Source: Oligoflexales bacterium (GTDB lineage: Bacteria > Bdellovibrionota_B > Oligoflexia > Oligoflexales > CAIYRB01). From it: 37,071 nucleotides of DNA. Positions 17,228-27,515 of this stretch are shown piece by piece. A model generated the notes under the pieces. That model was given only the letters and a program-made list of their open reading frames with translations, was not told where the DNA came from and did no database searches. Both the position numbers and the translations under genes were made by a program. The stretch spans positions 1 through 37,071 of the forward strand of contig JBGSUI010000202.1 of the NCBI GenBank assembly GCA_041736175.1, written 5' to 3'. Every line of letters begins with the position of its first letter. Positions within the stretch are counted from its first letter, which is position 1.

Positions 17228-18613
17228 TTAGCTCATTTTGGCCACTTTTTCGGGCATACTGTCCAGATCGCGACCCTTGTTGAGCATCTCAGCGATGAGA
17301 AAAGCCATCTCAAGACTCTGGTTGTAGTTAAGCCTGGGATCACAAAAAGTCTCGTAATGGCGCATCAGGTCGTCGTCCGAGATCCCTTGGGCCCCTCCGG
17401 TGCATTCGGTCACATCCTCGCCGGTCATTTCGAAATGCACCCCTCCTAGGTGGCTTCCTTCGCTACGATGGATGGCGAAAGACTGTACGAGTTCTGAAAG
17501 AATGTCGTCAAAATTTCGTGTTTTAATATTTTGTTGTTTAGACTGGATCACATTGCCGTGCATGGGATCGCTGCTCCAAAGGACCTCAAGCCCCGCTCTT
17601 TGAACGGCACGAATCGCTTTTGGCAACCCTTCGGCAATAGACTGGACACCAAACCGGCTAATCAAAACGATGCGACCGGGCTCGTTACGGGGATTGAGCC
17701 GTTCGATCACCTGGAGCATCTCCGAAGGATCAGCCTTTGGCCCCCATTTTAAGCCGATGGGATTGGAGATTCCTCGAAAATACTCCACGTGGGCTCCATC
17801 TAACTCACGGGTTCGGTCGCCAATCCAGAGCATATGGGCACCGAGATTGTAGTAACGATCTGACTCGGCGACATATCGGGTCATGGATTCTTCGAAACCC
17901 AGGAGGAGCCCCTCATGACTGGTAAAAAGATCGATGCGCCCTAAAATATCCTCGCGCACCCCGCCTAGGCTGTCCATAAAATGGACGGCATCCAAAATAT
18001 TGGCGACGACCTGTTCGTAACGAGAGCGATGGGGACTTTGGCCTAAAAAATCCAACTGCCAGTTTTTGGAATGGTGGATATCAGCGAATCCCCCTGATGC
18101 CAAGGCCCGTAGATAGTTGAGCGTTAAGGATGAAAGGTGATAGCCCTTCAGCAGCCGCTCAGGATCTGGTTGTCGAGCCTCAAGGTCTAGTTCGAAACCA
18201 TTGATATTGTCACCGCGAAACACCGGATAATCGACCCCGTCGATCGACTCCAGGTCCTTGCTGCGAGGTTTTGCATATTGACCGGCAGTCCTGCCGATAC
18301 GGATGATGGGTTGGCGCGCGCCATAACAGAGGACAAGCGACATTTGGAGCAGGATTTTAAGTTTACTGGTAATCGATTCAGAATTGCAGTCCACAAACCG
18401 CTCGGCGCAGTCGCCCCCCTGGAGCAGAAACCGCTTGCCCTCGGCGGCCTCGGCTAACTGGCCCTTGAGTTGTTCCACCTCACCAGCAAAGACTAGAGGG
18501 GGATAGGATTTAAGGGTCTGCAAAACCCGTTGGAGTTTCTGAGCGTCTGCATAGGCCGGTTGTTGCTTGATGGGGTGTCGTTGCCAAGAGCTGGGGGTCC
18601 ATGGCTGGGTCAT
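17228..18613 (-). CDS. Class II 3-deoxy-D-arabino-heptulosonate 7-phosphate (DAHP) synthase
   Basis: PPLVFAGE, LLQGGDCAERF, GRTAGQYAKPRS, RGDNING, TSHEGLLL, WIGDRTR, DPMHGN, GGVHFEMTG, CDPRLN. Confidence 0.95.
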   Translation of the reverse strand: MTQPWTPSSWQRHPIKQQPAYADAQKLQRVLQTLKSYPPLVFAGEVEQLKGQLAEAAEGKRFLLQGGDCAERFVDCNSESITSKLKILLQMSLVLCYGARQPIIRIGRTAGQYAKPRSKDLESIDGVDYPVFRGDNINGFELDLEARQPDPERLLKGYHLSSLTLNYLRALASGGFADIHHSKNWQLDFLGQSPHRSRYEQVVANILDAVHFMDSLGGVREDILGRIDLFTSHEGLLLGFEESMTRYVAESDRYYNLGAHMLWIGDRTRELDGAHVEYFRGISNPIGLKWGPKADPSEMLQVIERLNPRNEPGRIVLISRFGVQSIAEGLPKAIRAVQRAGLEVLWSSDPMHGNVIQSKQQNIKTRNFDDILSELVQSFAIHRSEGSHLGGVHFEMTGEDVTECTGGAQGISDDDLMRHYETFCDPRLNYNQSLEMAFLIAEMLNKGRDLDSMPEKVAKMS

Positions 18614-18849
18614 AGGGAAGTCTCGCTATCTGAGCCGTTATAAACAAAAATTGATAGTATCAATCTCTCGATAACCTCGCTTAAGAGCGGAGATCAGTAG
18701 GATCTCTAGGCAGTCTTTTATCATAAATTGACCCTGAGGGGCGGAAAAATAAAGCCGATCTTTCGAAGGACTCTTTCCTTTGACTTGGTTTATGGTCCGA
18801 AAACCATTAGTCTTATAAGAACATGGGGTCAATAGAGAGGTCCAAAACG

Positions 18850-19680
18850 GTGAACCTTGCATCAATCTGTAGTAATTTAGCCCTGTTATCCTATATTGGA
18901 GCATCTTTACTATATGTGACGATTCTTAAGCCCCGTGGGTCGGCGAGGGGACCTGGGATTCCCTGGATCGACCATGTGGCCTTTGGCCTTATGGCAGCGG
19001 GTACGCTTCTTGTGACGGTGGCCTTGGCTGCCTACTTTGGTGAAGCACCTCTTCTGGAACTGTCGGGGCTTATGTTGACGGCGATGATAGGCTGGCTTGC
19101 CGTCCATGGGCACCTCCAATTTGGACTACGCCTGGTGGGCCCCTTTGTATCTCCCCTTGCCGCTCTGATCTTGATGATCCAATTTTTGTTTGCACCCATC
19201 AAGACGGGCCCCATCCCCCAGGAAGCGCCGACGTTTCTGGAGATGAGTCATATCATCTCATCTCTGATAGGGCAGGCCTTCGGCATTATGGCATGCTCCA
19301 TCTCAATTTTGTATCTGTGGCAGCAAAACTTGCTTAAGAAAAAGCGCCTTGACCAACTCCCCCGGTCGATTCCGGCCATCGACCAACTCAGCCGATACCT
19401 GATCGCATCCCTCTGGAGTGGATTTTTATTTATCACCATTGGTCTCGCCACGGGGGCTCTTTACTTTCAGACCATGATGGTGATCCCCCGTTCCCAAGAC
19501 TATGGGATCAAAGTAGCGTGGGCGATCTGCGTTTGGCTTTGGTACCTTGCCACTCTTGTCGCTCGCAATATTTTTCATCGTCCCCATAAGCGAATCGCCC
19601 AGATGGCGCTGGGTGGGTTTGCGCTCCTTGCCATCGCCTATTTTGGTATGGGAATTATCCGGCCTTTGGGAGGAATTTAA
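18850..19680 (+). CDS. Cytochrome c assembly family (CcsA/HemX-like) membrane protein
   Basis: About eight hydrophobic segments, YLWQQNLLKKK, GLATGALY, KVAWAICVWLWY; directly upstream of hemA. GTG 18850 follows AGAGAGG (alternative ATG at 18823). Confidence 0.8.
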   Translation: MNLASICSNLALLSYIGASLLYVTILKPRGSARGPGIPWIDHVAFGLMAAGTLLVTVALAAYFGEAPLLELSGLMLTAMIGWLAVHGHLQFGLRLVGPFVSPLAALILMIQFLFAPIKTGPIPQEAPTFLEMSHIISSLIGQAFGIMACSISILYLWQQNLLKKKRLDQLPRSIPAIDQLSRYLIASLWSGFLFITIGLATGALYFQTMMVIPRSQDYGIKVAWAICVWLWYLATLVARNIFHRPHKRIAQMALGGFALLAIAYFGMGIIRPLGGI

Positions 19681-19685
19681 ACACT

Positions 19686-21053
19686 ATGAGTGAGGCCAAG
19701 CCGCTCCTTTTTGTTTTGGGAGCGAGCCATCGCACCGCACCCACTGCCCTGAGGGAGCATTTCTATCTCTCCGAAGAGCAGCTTAGCTCGCTGTTACCCC
19801 AAATTAAAGAGAAATTCGGGTTCACTGAGATTGCCGCCCTTTCCACCTGCAACCGCTTCGAACTCATCGGCGCCCTCAACGACCATGGGGACTCTGCCAC
19901 GAAAGTCTACCAAGCTTTCCTAGACCTCCACCAGCGCGACCACATCCAGACCCAACCGAGCGATGAAGAGATCCGCAAGGTTCTCTACCTTTATCTAGGA
20001 CACGAAGCGGTCAGCCATGTCTTTCGCGTGGCTTCGAGCCTTGATTCTCTGGTCCTTGGGGAAACCCAAATCACCGGTCAGTTTAAGGATGCCCTGGCCA
20101 TGGCCCAACGGTTTCAGACCTCGGGCCCCTTGGTGTCGAGGCTGGGACAAGAGGCTTTGGGACTGGCTAAAAAAATCCGGACCCAAACCGATATCGGCAA
20201 GAAACATGTCAGCATCAGTCATGCTGCTGTGGAACTGGCACAAAAGGTTTTTGGCCACCTGTCAGATCACCGTTTTTTGATCATAGGTGCCGGCGAGATG
20301 AGCCAGGTGGCCGCTAAATACATTAAAAGCTATCAGCCTAAAGGGTTAGCGATCGCCAATCGCACGCTGGCTAAGGCTAAACAGGTCGTTGATGAGCTAG
20401 GGTTTGGTGAAGCTTATGGCTTGGAAGATTTGTTTGAGCTGATCAAACAGTCCGACGTGGTGATCAGCTCGACGGCGGCTCCGGGATTTATGGTCGATCA
20501 TGACTTGGTGGCGCGAGCTCAGGACTCCCGTAAGGGGCGGCCCCTGGTTCTCCTAGATATCGCCCTGCCCAGAGATATCGATCCAGCCGCCGCTAAGATT
20601 GACGACGTGTATCTTTTCGATATCGATGACCTCAAACAGGTGGTCGGGGCCAATCTCGAAGAGCGCCGTAAGGCCGCCCTCCAGGCAGAAGAATTTGTCA
20701 TCCGCGGTGTGGAACAGTTTGAAGCCTGGCTTAAGACCATCAGTATCAAACCAATCTTGTCTCAGTTTAGACTTTACTTGGAACAAACCATCAACCGTGA
20801 ACTCACGCGGACTCTAAGTAAGGAAATCTTTCGTTCGAGCCCCAAGCACACCGAAGGACTCCAGGCACTTTGCCAGGCGATTGCCGCAAAGATTGCTGCA
20901 GATGCTGCTAAAAACCTGACGACACCTGTCGACAACCTCTCGGTTGAGACCCTTGCGGCGGCCTTGTCAACATTGTTTGCTCCCCAAGCTCCTGCGGCGG
21001 TTCCAGAAAAGGAGCAACAACAACCCCTAGAGTCTAAGGAGACTAACACATGA
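19686..21053 (+). CDS. hemA: Glutamyl-tRNA reductase
   Basis: SHRTAP, LSTCNRFE, RVASSLDSLVLGETQITGQ, IIGAGEM, IANRT, DIALPRDIDP. Confidence 0.97.
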   Translation: MSEAKPLLFVLGASHRTAPTALREHFYLSEEQLSSLLPQIKEKFGFTEIAALSTCNRFELIGALNDHGDSATKVYQAFLDLHQRDHIQTQPSDEEIRKVLYLYLGHEAVSHVFRVASSLDSLVLGETQITGQFKDALAMAQRFQTSGPLVSRLGQEALGLAKKIRTQTDIGKKHVSISHAAVELAQKVFGHLSDHRFLIIGAGEMSQVAAKYIKSYQPKGLAIANRTLAKAKQVVDELGFGEAYGLEDLFELIKQSDVVISSTAAPGFMVDHDLVARAQDSRKGRPLVLLDIALPRDIDPAAAKIDDVYLFDIDDLKQVVGANLEERRKAALQAEEFVIRGVEQFEAWLKTISIKPILSQFRLYLEQTINRELTRTLSKEIFRSSPKHTEGLQALCQAIAAKIAADAAKNLTTPVDNLSVETLAAALSTLFAPQAPAAVPEKEQQQPLESKETNT

Positions 21054-22195
21054 GCCCACATCAGCCTGAGATTCCCCAAAAGCCGTCTCCTACAGGGCCA
21101 CGTCACCTTCGGATAGCATCACGGGGCAGTCTGCTGGCCCTGTGGCAAGCCAACTACGTGGCCGCTGAACTTCAAAAAAAAGGTGCTACCACTGAAATCA
21201 TTGTGATGAAAACAACCGGTGACCGGATCCAAGATCGGTTTCTCCACGAGATCGGTGGCAAAGGGCTCTTTGTTAAGGAGCTAGAGCAGGCGCTGATCGA
21301 TGAGACCGCAGATCTTGCCGTGCATAGCCTCAAGGATATGCCCGCTCAACTCAAAGCTCCCTTGATCCTACCTGCGATTCTACGCCGCCATAGTCCCTAT
21401 GATCTGCTGATTATGGGGCCAAGATTAGCCGAGAGGTATCAACAGGCAGGTGGCCTGGCCACGCCTCGGCTTCCCCTCACACCAAAGGTCCTTAACGCTT
21501 TTGGATCCTGTACAGTGGCAACGGGAAGCCTCCGTCGTCAGGCCATGCTGGCCCGATTTGCTCCGGAGATCAAGACGGCACCGATCCGCGGCAATGTGGA
21601 TACCCGGCTCAGAAAACTCGACGAGGGAGCCTGGGACGCCATGATCTTGGCCGAAGCCTCCCTCGACCGCTTAGATCTTAAAAGGGACCGCATCACTGCG
21701 AGACTCGATATGGACTGGTTTATCCCCTGCGCCTCTCAGGGAGCTTTGGCCATCGAAACCAGAGACAACTCTCCATCTGCCGGTTTTGTCCGAGAGGCTC
21801 TCAACGATTTTGAAACCGAACTGGCGGTGGCTATCGAACGCCAGGTTTTGGCCCGTCTCGGGGGGGATTGCACCATGCCCTTTGGCTGTCTGGTCTCCTC
21901 CCTTAAGGCAGGGCGTTCAGAGGATGGATATATAAACAAAGATTATTTATCTATCCAACACTCCCGATCCTATGAGGCGCGAGCTGCAGTTTATACCCCC
22001 AAGGGTCAGTTTGTTGAGACTCTTAAAAACTTGTCAGAATTTCCAAAAGAGGGTTCTCCCCAAGCCAGACTGTCAAGAGAGTCGGAGGACTGGGTCAACA
22101 CCCAAGCAGACGCTATCGTCCATGATCTCAAAGATGCTGGGGGAGGAGCGATTTTACAACAGCTTAAAATCCCCTTGCCCAAAGGGTGGACCTAA
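21050..22195 (+). CDS. hemC: Hydroxymethylbilane synthase (porphobilinogen deaminase)
   Basis: ASRGSLLALWQA, TTGDRI, GGKGLFVKELE, AVHSLKDMP, TGSLRR, IRGNVDTRL, QGALAIE, LGGDCTMP; ATGA overlap with hemA. Confidence 0.96.
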   Translation: MSPHQPEIPQKPSPTGPRHLRIASRGSLLALWQANYVAAELQKKGATTEIIVMKTTGDRIQDRFLHEIGGKGLFVKELEQALIDETADLAVHSLKDMPAQLKAPLILPAILRRHSPYDLLIMGPRLAERYQQAGGLATPRLPLTPKVLNAFGSCTVATGSLRRQAMLARFAPEIKTAPIRGNVDTRLRKLDEGAWDAMILAEASLDRLDLKRDRITARLDMDWFIPCASQGALAIETRDNSPSAGFVREALNDFETELAVAIERQVLARLGGDCTMPFGCLVSSLKAGRSEDGYINKDYLSIQHSRSYEARAAVYTPKGQFVETLKNLSEFPKEGSPQARLSRESEDWVNTQADAIVHDLKDAGGGAILQQLKIPLPKGWT

Positions 22196-22199
22196 ACCT

Positions 22200-23015
22200 A
22201 TGACCGATCTCCCCCAAGAGTTGATACCGCACCCCTTGGTGATCTGGACTCGGTCCGTTGATCATTGGCAAGAGGACTTAGGTCTTTGGCGGGACCTCAC
22301 ATCCTTTGTGCCCTGGGCGATCCCCTGTATCAAAACCCAGGCTCTGGCAGTCCCAGATTTCCCGTGGCATCAACAGGGGCCTCTTTTAAAATTAGGAGAA
22401 CGGTCCCGCTCCGAGCTGATCTTGATCATCACCAGTCCCCGAGCTGTAGAGATCATGAATCAGGATGAAAACCTTCGGACGATACTCTTAGAGGCCTCGG
22501 TGCGAATCACCCATGGGCCGGCCACGGCCCAGGCCATCCGCAACCTAGGCCTTACGGTGGATCTACGCAACGAATTGCGCAGCAGCTCCCAGCTCGCCAC
22601 GTGGATCGCTGAGACGACACCCCAGACTAAACCACTGTTGTTTGTTTCTCCTAAGGAGCCGGCCTTTGATTTTCAGGGTTTTCTTAAGGAACGGGGATTC
22701 CAGATCCAGCGACTGGTCTGCTATGAGACGATTTCCCGGGTAGAGCCTGCTTTTTTGGGACGACTGCGGCTTGTGACCCTCCAAAAACCCGCCCATGGGG
22801 TGGTTTGCTTTGCCAGCCCCTCCGCTGTGAAAGGGTTTGTTTCGGAGTGCCAAGAGCGTCAATGGCCGCTGCCGGATTTTAAGGGAGTGTCGGTGATTGG
22901 TCCTACAACAGCCGAGGAAGCTTCCCGCTGGTTTATGGACGTGACCACGGCGGCAACTAATAGTCTTAGCGATCTTATCAAAACAGCAATCGATTTGTTA
23001 CCTGATGGGGAATGA
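22200..23015 (+). CDS. hemD: Uroporphyrinogen-III synthase
   Basis: VIWTR, IITSPRAV, GPATAQAI, VCYET, FASPSAVKGF, VIGPTTAE; follows hemC. ATG at 22200 (the ORF-track extension to 21972 overlaps hemC). Confidence 0.85.
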   Translation: MTDLPQELIPHPLVIWTRSVDHWQEDLGLWRDLTSFVPWAIPCIKTQALAVPDFPWHQQGPLLKLGERSRSELILIITSPRAVEIMNQDENLRTILLEASVRITHGPATAQAIRNLGLTVDLRNELRSSSQLATWIAETTPQTKPLLFVSPKEPAFDFQGFLKERGFQIQRLVCYETISRVEPAFLGRLRLVTLQKPAHGVVCFASPSAVKGFVSECQERQWPLPDFKGVSVIGPTTAEEASRWFMDVTTAATNSLSDLIKTAIDLLPDGE

Positions 23016-23981
23016 ATGGCGCGTCTAAGTTGGTCTCGATTTTGGGCTCTCATGCTTCTAATGAATGTAGGACCCTTTGGAGGGGGGGCGCGACTTGGGT
23101 GGGCTAGCACACAAGTTGCCAAATCTCCCCAAAGAATCGTCTCCTGTAGCCTCGCTACCGATGAATTTCTGATGGAGCTTTTTAAGCCTGCATCCTATCA
23201 CCGTATCGTCGCCCTGTCGCCCCTGGCCCTTCATCCGGTCTACTCTAATCTACGCCAACAAGACATTCCTGCCCACCTCGCTCCATCATCCGCGAAAGCT
23301 GTCTGTCACGAAAATATCGAGGCACTCCTGGAGATTAAACCAGATATGGTGTTGCTCGCGGCTTATAGTTCGCCCCTGATCGCTCGCCGCCTTGGTCAGG
23401 CAGGGATCTCGACCTATACGGCACCAGCGCCCCGCACCCTAGGTGACATCGAACAAACTATTAAAGATTTAGGTGTTGCCCTCGGGGAAATCCCCGCTAG
23501 TGAAGAGCTGCTATCCAAATTTAAGGGCGAACGGGCGACCATCAAAAGCCTGGTGGTACCACCAAGCTTACAGGGGCGCCGCATCATCCATGTTTTTGGC
23601 GATGGTGCAGTCAGTGGTTCTCAGACTCTTTTTGATAGCCTGGCTGCAGAAATCTCTATCGTCAATCAGGCATCCCGTCATGGGCTCAAAGGATGGTCTA
23701 AACACTCCATCGAAACCCTGCTGGCCCTCAATCCAGAAATCTTGATTACGGCCAAAGAAGACTCTGAATCCCTAGGGGCGGTGACGGCGCGTCTTAAGAA
23801 CATCCCAGGGTTTGCTCTTTTACCGGCTCTTAAGGGAGAGGAAACCGGGTCTGGTAGCATCATCGCCCTTCCAGAAAGGGAGCTGGGAAGCGTGTCCCAC
23901 CATATCCTCAAGGGGGTTAGAACATTAAAACAGACCTTGATCGACTGGGAACTTAAAAAACTCCCTTATAAAAAAGGTTAG
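23016..23981 (+). CDS. Periplasmic binding protein of a heme/cobalamin/siderophore-type ABC importer (BtuF/HmuT-like)
   Basis: PQRIVSCSLATDEFLMEL, NIEALLEIKPDMVL, SIETLLALNPEILI; N-terminal signal. Confidence 0.85.
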   Translation: MARLSWSRFWALMLLMNVGPFGGGARLGWASTQVAKSPQRIVSCSLATDEFLMELFKPASYHRIVALSPLALHPVYSNLRQQDIPAHLAPSSAKAVCHENIEALLEIKPDMVLLAAYSSPLIARRLGQAGISTYTAPAPRTLGDIEQTIKDLGVALGEIPASEELLSKFKGERATIKSLVVPPSLQGRRIIHVFGDGAVSGSQTLFDSLAAEISIVNQASRHGLKGWSKHSIETLLALNPEILITAKEDSESLGAVTARLKNIPGFALLPALKGEETGSGSIIALPERELGSVSHHILKGVRTLKQTLIDWELKKLPYKKG

Positions 23982-23987
23982 AAGCAG

Positions 23988-25061
23988 GTGGCTATGGGAA
24001 TCCAGCGATATAATCCCTTGACCAACTCTCTGGTCTTTCCCGTTGTCCTATGGGTTCTTGCCTTTGGGTTTTCCTTAAGCATTGGTTCGAGTGAGTATGC
24101 CCTCGGGGATATCATAGCCGGTGCTTTTCATAGCATGCTTCAGGGTGATGACCTGCAAAATCCCAGTGACCTTGCCGTGGCGGGAACGATTTTTTGGCAG
24201 GCGCGGCTGCCGCGGACCTTACTCGTCTGTGGCGTCGGAGCCCTGCTAGCGGCCGCGGGAGTCCTCAGCCAAGGGTTGTTTAGAAATCCCCTGGCGAGCC
24301 CCTCGGTTTTTGGCATGGAAGCGGGTGCAACCCTCGCTGGAGTGATTGCCATGGTGGCTTTGCCCAGTGCAGTTCATTGGTTTGGGATTCCGCTTTTTGC
24401 CACAGTAGGTGCCTTAGCAGTGACTTGTCTGCTGCTGAGTTTGTCCTATAAGTTGGACCTGGGTGTGGGCAGTCTTCTCCTGGTCGGTGTGGCCCTAGGT
24501 TCTTTTCTGGCGGCTGCCACATCGTTTATCATCACCTTAAGCATCCAAGACTCTACCCGCACGGCGATCTTGATGCGTTGGCTGCTTGGTGGATTTTCTG
24601 GGAGGGGCTATGAGTATCTTCCTATGATCGTGATTCCCGGGATTTTGGGAGTGTTGGTATTGGGCAAATCTCTGGCTGCCCTGGATCTCCTAAGCCTCGG
24701 AGAGACAACGGCCGCATCTCTGAGCGTTGAGCTTAAAGCACTCAAAATCCGCATCGTCTTGGTTCTGGGCCTGTGGCTTGGAGGTGCGGTGGCAGTGGCG
24801 GGGACCATCCCCTTTGTGAGCCTGGTGGTGCCCCACCTCAGCAGGATATGGTTTGGTCCACACCATCGGCGGCTACTCCTGGGCAGCATGATCCAGGGGA
24901 TGACCTTAACCCTCCTGGCTGATGCCGTCGGCCGACGAATCATGGCCCCCGCAGAGATCGAGGTGGGGATCATCACCTCGCTCCTCGGCGCGCCCCTTTT
25001 TTTGTGGATCTTGCTTAAATCCGGTACCTGGACCTCGTTACGGGAGGACCGTCGTGCTTAA
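23988..25061 (+). CDS. FecCD/BtuC-family ABC permease
   Basis: RLPRTLL, QGLFRNPLASPSVFG, LSLGETTAASL, IPFVSLVVPHL, VGIITSLLGAPLF. Confidence 0.93.
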   Translation: MAMGIQRYNPLTNSLVFPVVLWVLAFGFSLSIGSSEYALGDIIAGAFHSMLQGDDLQNPSDLAVAGTIFWQARLPRTLLVCGVGALLAAAGVLSQGLFRNPLASPSVFGMEAGATLAGVIAMVALPSAVHWFGIPLFATVGALAVTCLLLSLSYKLDLGVGSLLLVGVALGSFLAAATSFIITLSIQDSTRTAILMRWLLGGFSGRGYEYLPMIVIPGILGVLVLGKSLAALDLLSLGETTAASLSVELKALKIRIVLVLGLWLGGAVAVAGTIPFVSLVVPHLSRIWFGPHHRRLLLGSMIQGMTLTLLADAVGRRIMAPAEIEVGIITSLLGAPLFLWILLKSGTWTSLREDRRA

Positions 25062-25893
25062 GGCGACCGACCTTACGGTGTTTGCTAGAGTGTCGTCCCG
25101 TTGGAATAAAAACCAGCGAGGGACTCCGATCCTCAAAAACATCAACCTGAGTTTAGCTCCCGGACGCATCACCGTTTTTATGGGACCAAATGGTGCCGGT
25201 AAATCCACTCTGCTTAAGACCCTCGGAGGGCTCATCTATCCGGATGAAGGGCGGGTGGAATTATTCGACCAGGGTCAAAGCTACGAAATTTCGCCCAAAA
25301 AATCCCACTCCCAAGAGCTGCGCCAGCTTATTGGACAAAAGTTGAGTTGGTACGGAGACCAGAGCCCGATACCTTTTGGGTTTAGTGTCTACGATGTGGT
25401 GATGATGGGTCGGTTTCCCCATCACAGGGGATGGCCGACCCCTCAGGATAGTGCGGTGGTGGAGGAAAACATAGATCTTTTTGGCTTAGCATCTCTGACC
25501 AACCGCTCGGTGTTGACCCTGAGTAGCGGCGAGTTGCAAAAAACCATGCTGGCAAGGGTTTTTGCTAACCAGCCTCATGCTGTGCTCCTCGATGAGCCCA
25601 CCTCTCACCTGGATCCCAGTGCGGTGCTTTATGTAGAGAGGCTTATCAAGAAAAAAGCCCAGGCGGGATCAAGCATCGCGGTGGTCCTTCACGATCTAAG
25701 CCTTGCTTTCCGCTGGGCTGACCATATGGTGGTGATGGATCACGGGCAGATCACGGCCGAGGGAGCCCCCCATGATCCGCTGATAGGGCAGGCGATCAAG
25801 GATGTTTTCCAACTTTCCCTGGGGTTTCTCAAGTCGCCGGAGGGGGACACTGTGGTTTACTTTAAGGAACAGCCTCAAGATATACGGCGATGA
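25054..25893 (+). CDS. ABC transporter ATP-binding subunit (HmuV/BtuD/FecE-like)
   Basis: GPNGAGKST, VMMGRFPH, signature LSSGE, LLDEPTSHLD, VLHDL; GTG 25054 after GGAGGA, overlapping the permease end. Confidence 0.92.
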   Translation: MLKATDLTVFARVSSRWNKNQRGTPILKNINLSLAPGRITVFMGPNGAGKSTLLKTLGGLIYPDEGRVELFDQGQSYEISPKKSHSQELRQLIGQKLSWYGDQSPIPFGFSVYDVVMMGRFPHHRGWPTPQDSAVVEENIDLFGLASLTNRSVLTLSSGELQKTMLARVFANQPHAVLLDEPTSHLDPSAVLYVERLIKKKAQAGSSIAVVLHDLSLAFRWADHMVVMDHGQITAEGAPHDPLIGQAIKDVFQLSLGFLKSPEGDTVVYFKEQPQDIRR

Positions 25894-25984
25894 AAAGTCC
25901 ATGGATTTTGCCGAAATCGGCAGGTTTTAGTCCCGATGGACTTGACGGACATACGTTGGGCTGAACCTATTTTGGTACCCATAG

Positions 25985-27319
25985 TTAATAGGACGAATCG
26001 AACATCGCCGAATGACCGCGGGGGGTGATTCCCACTTCCAGACCAAAATTCCGCAGTTTTTGGCCAAGAGCCGCCACGTTGTCTGCTTCCTCTTTAAATT
26101 GTTTGAATATGTCCTGACACCTTGTCAAAGGGCGCCCCATTTGAAGGGTTTTGATCTTCGGGAGGGCTTGGTCATAGAGTTTTAGCAAAGCCACGGGATT
26201 CAAGATGATATACGGGTCGAGTTCTTGCAGCAGGGGTTTATCAAGATCGCTTATAAGTTCAGAATGAAGCTCCAAAGATCGAAAATGATTATTTTTTTTG
26301 AGAAACCTCAAAAGCTCCTTAGAAGCCTCGGACGAAAGCCCACCCTGTCCTATGGTTATAAATCCTAAGCTGTCTATATGTGCTGTTTGTTTTGGAAACC
26401 TCTTAAAGAGGCTGAGAACTTTGGTCGCTACTTCGGAGGTATATGGATCATCTACAGCCCAAGTCAAATGTTTAGGCAACAAATTAGTAAGGTGTCCATC
26501 CCTAAGATTTATGAGGATGTTTTCAAATAAAATAGTATTTGCAACGATCCTCTCCAATCGTGGAAAGACGTCTTGAAAATTTGGAATCGCAAGAAGATCG
26601 TTGACATCACTTTGACTTTTTAGATAGATACTGTTCAACGTAAGGCGATGAAATTCAGTAACTATAAAAACATCATTCGCTTTTGTTGATAAAGCCATCT
26701 GTGGATTTTCATTGATAATCGATTTAAAAGTCAGATTGCGTTTAGGTCCTGGAACCAAAGCCACTGCTCCTAAACTGTGGTTGATAGGCTGATTTGCTTG
26801 CTTTTGTTTACGGATCTGCGTAGTCAAAATACGGGTAAAAAAAGGTGTAATCATCGCGGGAGTCATTATAAAGGACTGAGGGACTGCTGGTTTTTTATTG
26901 TAGGGGGCCTCACAGCTGGGACAAAAAAGTTGGGTGAACTCCGTATAAATCATAGAGGGGGTAAGGGTTATGCCTCGACTCTTAAAGGGTTCGGTCTCTT
27001 GGATTTTAATGGTTTCTTGAACCGCTTTCATAAGAATGTATTTGGTGACGATCTCCAGATCGCGAAGATCAGCTTCGGGGACCAAGCTGGTGATTTGGTC
27101 AGCAAGTCTGCCGAAAGGAAACCACCTGGCGAGTTGCTGCTTTAATTCCTTTTGGAGATTGTTTTGGGCCAGAAGTTTTTCGTCCTCAGAGGTGTTAGCA
27201 AGAGCCTGTGACTCTGACGGAACCGAGCTATGTTTGATGCATCCTTGGCTGCTGGCTACCAAGCCGGCAAAGATATATTTAAGGCCTTGAGACGAAACTT
27301 TCTTGATGAGTGCATGCAT
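25985..27319 (-). CDS. Hypothetical exported protein (possible lipoprotein) with LRR-like C-terminal part
   Basis: 444-aa ORF; RBS AGGAG; signal-like N-terminus ending SQG-C; periodic Leu pattern in the C-terminal half. Confidence 0.7.
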   Translation of the reverse strand: MHALIKKVSSQGLKYIFAGLVASSQGCIKHSSVPSESQALANTSEDEKLLAQNNLQKELKQQLARWFPFGRLADQITSLVPEADLRDLEIVTKYILMKAVQETIKIQETEPFKSRGITLTPSMIYTEFTQLFCPSCEAPYNKKPAVPQSFIMTPAMITPFFTRILTTQIRKQKQANQPINHSLGAVALVPGPKRNLTFKSIINENPQMALSTKANDVFIVTEFHRLTLNSIYLKSQSDVNDLLAIPNFQDVFPRLERIVANTILFENILINLRDGHLTNLLPKHLTWAVDDPYTSEVATKVLSLFKRFPKQTAHIDSLGFITIGQGGLSSEASKELLRFLKKNNHFRSLELHSELISDLDKPLLQELDPYIILNPVALLKLYDQALPKIKTLQMGRPLTRCQDIFKQFKEEADNVAALGQKLRNFGLEVGITPRGHSAMFDSSY

Positions 27320-27420
27320 GTTGAACTCCTAGAGGTAAGTTTAGATGACGCTAAGTCAGCAAGTTTTGCTCCAATCTTTTTGAGTCGGAGAAAGTTTTTA
27401 AAAATTTTTTAATATAATGA

Positions 27421-27515
27421 TATTATTGTGGTTTGTTTCTTTAAAAAAACTGATGCAGCCACGATTTGAATGACCTTGCCTTCAAATATTAGTCATCAGC
27501 ATAAGCTGTGGACAC
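27421..27515. repeat. 95-bp direct repeat, copy 1
   Basis: Aligns without gaps to 31194-31288 (offset 3773); 10 mismatches overall, 3 in the 68-bp core 27448-27515. Confidence 0.95.

Noticed and set aside
21972..22199. N-terminal extension of HemD in the ORF track (also the 24922 start for the ABC ATPase and the 27638 start for the adhesin)
   Set aside because: The extensions overlap upstream genes or precede the signal peptide; better starts exist at 22200, 25054 and 27854.
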